From NCBI GenBank assembly GCA_000004985.1, contig GG739216.1: DNA of 3,648 nt. One strand, given 5' to 3'. Source of the DNA: Naegleria gruberi (taxonomy: Eukaryota). Positions 1-3,648 of the stretch are shown piece by piece; the first letter of the stretch is position 1; the number at the start of each line of letters is the position of its first letter. The position numbers and the translations under genes are program-made. The notes beneath the pieces were generated by a model that did no database searches, had not been told where the DNA came from, and saw nothing but the letters and a program-made list of their open reading frames with translations.

Positions 1-2
1 CA

Positions 3-149
3 AATTTAGAAACTATCCTCTTTAATATTTTATCCAATAACCAAAACAATCAAATTGAGAATCCACATTCAATCAGCAACACTTCCAAAAAATTGAAACC
101 ACCACCATCAACCACCACTTCTTCTTGTGATTTAAATGAGCATACATAA
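3..149 (+). CDS. C-terminal fragment of an unidentified protein-coding gene whose 5' end lies outside the window. Frame 3 is open from the window edge to TAA at 147-149 and translates NLETILFNILSNNQNNQIENPHSISNTSKKLKPPPSTTTSSCDLNEHT*.
   Basis: 49 codons are open from the window start. GC is locally higher (about 35%) than in the flanking spacer, as in Dictyostelium exons. Codon choice is typical (cca Pro, tca/tct Ser, acc/act Thr, caa Gln, aat Asn), and the low-complexity Ser/Thr/Pro tail is typical too. No homology is recognised. Confidence 0.4.
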   Translation, partial: NLETILFNILSNNQNNQIENPHSISNTSKKLKPPPSTTTSSCDLNEHT

Positions 150-399
150 ATTACTAATAATTTCCATTCTAGTTGTATTTATATCATATATATTATTATT
201 ATTCATTGAATTTGGTCCTTCAATACAAGATGATGAACATTTAAAATATTGTAATCAATATTTACAAAAAGATCAAGATTCAAATGTTAGCAGCAGCAGT
301 AATATTTCCTTAGAAACAATTAAATGTTATTTACATAAAATAATTTATCAATTAAAACAATTTTCAAAATATTTACAATTATTTGATTACATTAAATAA
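136..399 (+). CDS. Hypothetical 87-aa protein with an N-terminal hydrophobic segment (LLIISILVVFISYILLLFIEF) that could be a signal anchor or single TM helix. It may be a separate small gene or part of the upstream gene.
   Basis: The ORF runs ATG to TAA. 87 stop-free codons in DNA of this A+T content are unlikely by chance. The 3' half (230-399) has normal coding composition (gat gat gaa cat..., agc agc agc agt), but the 5' half uses ata/cta codons that are unfavoured in Dictyostelium genes. It overlaps the frame-3 ORF at 136-149. Confidence 0.3.
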   Translation: MSIHKLLIISILVVFISYILLLFIEFGPSIQDDEHLKYCNQYLQKDQDSNVSSSSNISLETIKCYLHKIIYQLKQFSKYLQLFDYIK

Positions 400-408
400 A
401 TACTATTC

Positions 409-414
409 AATAAA
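409..414 (+). terminator. AATAAA polyadenylation-signal candidate 10 nt downstream of the stop at 397-399. Further AATAAA copies lie at 434-439, 446-451 and 469-474.
   Basis: The hexamer is read directly from the sequence. Its position just after the stop codon fits a 3' UTR, but an A+T-rich spacer contains such hexamers by composition alone. Confidence 0.3.
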
Positions 415-422
415 ATATTAAT

Positions 423-502
423 TTGATAAATTTAATAAAACTTAAAATAAACTTGAATTGATAAAATTAATAAAATAATAATAACTTGATAAAAATAAAA
501 AA
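423..502. repeat. Three degenerate tandem copies of (A)CTTGA..TTGATAAA-(T/A)TTAATAAAA. Unit starts are at about 423, 458 and 486, and the array sits in the spacer between two convergent genes.
   Basis: TTGATAAATTTAATAAAA is at 423-440, TTGATAAAATTAATAAAA at 458-475 and TTGATAAAAATAAAAAA at 486-502. ACTTGA precedes copies 2 and 3. Confidence 0.6.
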
Positions 503-520
503 TTTATTTAAAAATTTATT
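503..520 (-). terminator. Two minus-strand AATAAA hexamers (plus-strand TTTATT at 503-508 and 515-520), 2-19 nt downstream of the minus-strand stop codon at 522-524.
   Basis: The hexamers are read directly and their position relative to the stop fits a 3' UTR. The composition caveat given for 409-414 applies here as well. Confidence 0.3.
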
Positions 521-521
521 A

Positions 522-844
522 TTAATAATTAAAATTATTTCCTCTTCTACATTTTTCACTTCCTTTTTGAATAAAATCTTGTAAAATATCATCGAATGGA
601 TAATTTAAATCAATTAAATTAAAAGTATTTAAAATAATATTACCAATTGGAGTATTTGAAATTGATAATTTAACAATATGATTATTATTTCTACTAATTA
701 GTAAATTAATTTCAGTTTTAAATTCTCTTTCAAATAATTGTAATGTATTAATTGTCCATTCTTCACAATGTATTCCATTTATATTTTTAAATCCATTAAA
801 TTTAATTGAATAAATTTCATTTTTAATTTCTTTTAATTTTAATT
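522..844 (-). CDS. 3'-terminal coding exon of an unidentified gene; upstream exons lie in or beyond the N gap. It translates ...EIYSIKFNGFKNINGIHCEEWTINTLQLFEREFKTEINLLISRNNNHIVKLSISNTPIGNIILNTFNLIDLNYPFDDILQDFIQKGSEKCRRGNNFNY*, with the stop at 522-524.
   Basis: The minus frame is open for 114 codons from just after the in-frame TGA at plus 867-869 to the stop at 522-524. It contains no ATG, TTG or CTG, which is why the ORF track misses it. Codon usage is canonical Dictyostelium (tta, att, caa, gaa, aga, ggt, cca). Candidate 3' splice acceptors are ccattAG ending at 845 and aaaAG ending at 830. No homology is recognised. Confidence 0.5.
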
Positions 845-879
845 CTAATGGAATTTGTAATAAATGTCATTGACTTGAT

Positions 880-2044
880 NNNNNNNNNNNNNNNNNNNNN
901 NNNNNNNNNNNNNNNNNNNNNNNNNNNNNNNNNNNNNNNNNNNNNNNNNNNNNNNNNNNNNNNNNNNNNNNNNNNNNNNNNNNNNNNNNNNNNNNNNNNN
1001 NNNNNNNNNNNNNNNNNNNNNNNNNNNNNNNNNNNNNNNNNNNNNNNNNNNNNNNNNNNNNNNNNNNNNNNNNNNNNNNNNNNNNNNNNNNNNNNNNNNN
1101 NNNNNNNNNNNNNNNNNNNNNNNNNNNNNNNNNNNNNNNNNNNNNNNNNNNNNNNNNNNNNNNNNNNNNNNNNNNNNNNNNNNNNNNNNNNNNNNNNNNN
1201 NNNNNNNNNNNNNNNNNNNNNNNNNNNNNNNNNNNNNNNNNNNNNNNNNNNNNNNNNNNNNNNNNNNNNNNNNNNNNNNNNNNNNNNNNNNNNNNNNNNN
1301 NNNNNNNNNNNNNNNNNNNNNNNNNNNNNNNNNNNNNNNNNNNNNNNNNNNNNNNNNNNNNNNNNNNNNNNNNNNNNNNNNNNNNNNNNNNNNNNNNNNN
1401 NNNNNNNNNNNNNNNNNNNNNNNNNNNNNNNNNNNNNNNNNNNNNNNNNNNNNNNNNNNNNNNNNNNNNNNNNNNNNNNNNNNNNNNNNNNNNNNNNNNN
1501 NNNNNNNNNNNNNNNNNNNNNNNNNNNNNNNNNNNNNNNNNNNNNNNNNNNNNNNNNNNNNNNNNNNNNNNNNNNNNNNNNNNNNNNNNNNNNNNNNNNN
1601 NNNNNNNNNNNNNNNNNNNNNNNNNNNNNNNNNNNNNNNNNNNNNNNNNNNNNNNNNNNNNNNNNNNNNNNNNNNNNNNNNNNNNNNNNNNNNNNNNNNN
1701 NNNNNNNNNNNNNNNNNNNNNNNNNNNNNNNNNNNNNNNNNNNNNNNNNNNNNNNNNNNNNNNNNNNNNNNNNNNNNNNNNNNNNNNNNNNNNNNNNNNN
1801 NNNNNNNNNNNNNNNNNNNNNNNNNNNNNNNNNNNNNNNNNNNNNNNNNNNNNNNNNNNNNNNNNNNNNNNNNNNNNNNNNNNNNNNNNNNNNNNNNNNN
1901 NNNNNNNNNNNNNNNNNNNNNNNNNNNNNNNNNNNNNNNNNNNNNNNNNNNNNNNNNNNNNNNNNNNNNNNNNNNNNNNNNNNNNNNNNNNNNNNNNNNN
2001 NNNNNNNNNNNNNNNNNNNNNNNNNNNNNNNNNNNNNNNNNNNN
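880..2044. other. Assembly or scaffold gap: 1165 consecutive N.
   Basis: Read directly from the sequence. Every ORF spanning it is an artefact, and the X-filled ORFs in the supplied track fall in this class. Confidence 1.
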
Positions 2045-2518
2045 CAACTGAATTCCATCATTTCCAAATAAATTACCAAATTCATGAACATGAAATGGTA
2101 ATTTTTTATTTGAATATACTAATGTATTTAATCCTATAATACTACCATTTATATTTATATTTAAATTATTATTTAAATTTAAATTTATATTATTATTATT
2201 ATTTACATTGTTATTATTATTTGAATTTAAATTATTATTTAAATATTTAATAAATATAGTACCATGAAGAGATGGCATATGAATAGTACCACGCATTCTA
2301 CATATTAATTGTGATGATTTATCTTCTTGTTGATTATATAATGGTTTTATTAAATTATTATAATTATCAATATTTGATGATGTAATTGGTGAATTTAATG
2401 ATATTACTATATTATTACATAATAATAATAATAATAATAATACAATAATAAAAGATGATTGACTATTAATCATCATCCGATGATCAAATAAATGATCAGT
2501 TAAAAACTTATTGATCAT
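2045..2518 (-). CDS. Cu/Zn superoxide dismutase, N-terminal part (158 codons from M at 2516-2518, or 144 from MM at 2471-2476), with a predicted signal peptide. The 3' half of the gene is lost in the gap.
   Basis: The translation (QLICRMRGTIHMPSLHGTIFIKYL ... INGSIIGLNTLVYSNKKLPFHVHEFGNLFGNDGIQL) aligns with human SOD1. It lines up with [20 protein letters not shown]...[22 protein letters not shown], including the copper-ligand HVH motif at 2084-2092. A signal-peptide-like MMINSQSSFIIVLLLLLLLCNNIVISLNS precedes it. The track ORF 845..2629 starts at a TTG (2627-2629) that the ORF finder rendered as M. The first in-frame ATGs are at 2516-2518, 2474-2476 and 2471-2473. Confidence 0.75.
2147..2239 (-). 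repeat. Asn-rich low-complexity insertion inside the SOD CDS (NNNLNSNNNNNVNNNNNINLNLNNNLNININ). It sits between the GxIxF strand and the GSIxGL strand of the SOD fold.
   Basis: (AAT)n-type codon runs on the minus strand appear as att/tta runs on plus. The frame is maintained, and conserved SOD motifs flank it on both sides. Confidence 0.8.
2420..2440 (-). repeat. (TTA)7 trinucleotide microsatellite, (TAA)7 on plus, encoding the Leu7 core of the SOD signal peptide.
   Basis: Read directly from the sequence. The minus-strand codons are gta tta tta tta tta tta tta tta tgt, giving V L7 C. Confidence 0.9.
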
Positions 2519-2683
2519 ATTTATATAACAGTAACAAAGATTGAGTGGTAGGTGTAATAGTACTATAGAAAAGTATTGATCAATGATATTGTGATGATGA
2601 TAAATGATATCAATACTACTCTTCAACAAATAGTACTATGTTAGTAGTGGTAGCTATTTGTAATCGAATGTCAAAATAATTTT

Positions 2684-2689
2684 TTTATT
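2684..2689 (-). terminator. Minus-strand AATAAA (plus TTTATT) about 120 nt downstream of the mevalonate kinase stop; candidate poly(A) signal.
   Basis: A hexamer match in the 3' spacer. Composition alone makes such matches common. Confidence 0.25.
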
Positions 2690-2705
2690 AAATAATAAAT
2701 TTGAT

Positions 2706-2721
2706 TTCAAACATGTTTGAA
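2706..2721. promoter_or_regulatory. 16-bp perfect palindrome TTCAAACATGTTTGAA in the mevalonate kinase-SOD intergenic spacer, about 190-235 bp upstream of the candidate SOD start codons.
   Basis: Its reverse complement is identical, as verified base by base. Flanking bases 2705 and 2722 break the symmetry. A second ACATGT sits at 2791-2796. A regulatory role is inference only. Confidence 0.3.
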
Positions 2722-2810
2722 CTTGTATTACATCTATCACATAATCTAATAATAATAATAATTAATAATAATCTAATCTATGAATAACACACATGTAATC
2801 TCTATATAAA

Positions 2811-3648
2811 TTAATGTTTAAAATATTTTTCACATTGAACACCAATTCCAGCAACTTGATTTGACATGAAATATTGAAAACCTTCTCTAGTTAAATCTTG
2901 TTTCAATTCTTCTTCTTCTTCTTTTTGATTATTATTATCAATAATATTATTAATATCATTTAATAAAATAAAACCACATCCACCACCACCTGCACCTGTT
3001 AATTTAGCATGTAAATTATATTTAGATGCAATTTTACAAATTAAATCTAATTTAGGATGACCAGTTCCAATATCATTTAATAATGAATGATTTTTATCAA
3101 TTAATTCTTCCATTTTTAATCTTAATTCATTTGAAAATAAATGTGATGAATTAATTTTTAATTGATTTAAATATTCATCTGAAATATTTTGAATATCATT
3201 TAAACATTTTTCATAAAATTCAAAATTATTTTCTCTACGTTCTCTAACACCTTGAACAATTAATTTTGTATTTCTTTCAACACGTGTATTAACAATTAAA
3301 ATACGCATATTTGGTAATATTTGTGGTGATAAAAATTCTTGAATTTTACCTTGTGAAAAACTAATTACACCTCCAAATGTAGAAACTGAATTATCAATAC
3401 CAGATGGTGTACCATGAATTAATGATTCAACAAAATATGACCATTCATTAATATATTTTAATACATTTTCATTTGTTTCATTCTTATTTAAATTGTTATC
3501 ATTTAAATTATTATTTAAATTATTATTAATATCATTGGTATTAGCACTATTACTATCATTTAAATTATTATTATTAATATCATCAGTATTATTAATAGAT
3601 TGATGATTAAATTGAATAGAATGATAATTAATTCTATTAAATAAAATT
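2811..3648 (-). CDS. mvk: Mevalonate kinase (GHMP kinase family), C-terminal ~278 codons plus the stop at 2811-2813. The CDS continues upstream past the track's ATG at 3306-3308 to the window edge, so the 5' end is outside the window.
   Basis: The minus frame is open from 3648 to 2811. The translation reads ...[79 protein letters not shown]...[48 protein letters not shown]...[23 protein letters not shown]. This is collinear with human MVK (MIHGNPSGVDNAVSTWGG...[24 protein letters not shown]...[48 protein letters not shown]). The GHMP motif [11 protein letters not shown] lies at plus 2976-3008. Confidence 0.9.
   Translation of the reverse strand, partial: [278 protein letters not shown]
3471..3599 (-). 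repeat. Asn/Asp-rich low-complexity insertion in mevalonate kinase ([46 protein letters not shown]), just N-terminal of the conserved ...KYINEW...[10 protein letters not shown] block.
   Basis: It is in frame, free of stops, and followed by conserved mevalonate kinase sequence. Dictyostelid proteins typically carry poly-Asn tracts of this kind. Confidence 0.75.

Noticed and set aside
127-172. 46-bp intron (GTGATT...TTCTAG) that would join frame-3 ORF 3-149 to ORF 136-399 in frame
   Set aside because: The phase works arithmetically. But the donor is non-consensus (dictyostelid donors are nearly always GTAAGT-like) and 46 bp is shorter than typical introns of the genus, so it is left as an open alternative only.
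823-2091. Long minus-strand ORF (422 aa) and plus-strand ORF 848..2071 (407 aa) from the supplied track
   Set aside because: Both run almost entirely through the N gap (880-2044). Only a few real codons flank the Ns, so they are ORF-finder artefacts.
2147-2245. Short ORFs on the plus strand opposite the poly-Asn region of the SOD gene
   Set aside because: AAT/ATT codon runs are open on several frames by composition alone. Only the minus frame is flanked by conserved SOD motifs.
2585-2665. Possible box C/D snoRNA: GTGATGATGA (2591-2600) resembles a C box (RUGAUGA)
   Set aside because: There is no CTGA D box within 60-120 nt downstream on the plus strand. The minus strand has no C box in this patch, and no terminal stem is apparent. 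The motif is more simply part of the His-His-His codons (cat cat cac) of the open upstream SOD frame.
2640-2700. tRNA gene or TATA/oligo-dT core promoter for SOD
   Set aside because: No GC-rich cloverleaf-capable segment or GTTCGA-like T-loop is present. The minus strand shows TATTTAAT followed by oligo-dA rather than the usual TATA plus oligo-dT arrangement, so no confident core-promoter call can be made.
1-3648. Prokaryotic-style features (CRISPR array, defence island, operon, rho-independent terminators, IS elements)
   Set aside because: Composition, poly-Asn tracts, AATAAA spacers, codon usage and the gene content all indicate a eukaryotic (dictyostelid) nuclear locus. No direct-repeat/spacer architecture or transposase-like ORF is present.

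Overview
This window reads as dictyostelid (Dictyostelium-like) nuclear DNA: about 80-90% A+T, with exon patches of higher GC, AAT/TTA codon runs giving poly-Asn and poly-Leu, and AATAAA-rich spacers. It is a eukaryotic housekeeping region, not a prokaryotic island, and I see no CRISPR, mobile element, RNA gene or defence-like system. A 1165-bp run of N (880-2044) splits it, and the three long ORFs in the supplied track that cross the Ns (823..2091 minus, 845..2629 minus, 848..2071 plus) are artefacts. Five things are supportable. (1) The 3' two-thirds of a mevalonate kinase gene (GHMP kinase family) lies on the minus strand at 2811..>3648, continuing upstream of the track's ATG to the window edge. 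(2) A Cu/Zn superoxide dismutase gene lies on the minus strand at 2045..2518, with an N-terminal signal peptide and an Asn-rich insertion; its 3' half is lost in the gap. (3) A start-less coding exon ending in a stop at 522 lies on the minus strand at 522..844, and its upstream part is lost in the gap. (4) Two small plus-strand coding candidates overlap at the 5' end (3..149 and 136..399). (5) A 120-bp convergent 3' spacer holds a triplicated AATAAA-containing motif. Other points of note are a 16-bp perfect palindrome in the mevalonate kinase-SOD spacer, a (TTA)7 microsatellite encoding the Leu7 core of the SOD signal peptide, and a TTG start in the ORF track that should not be taken as the SOD start.
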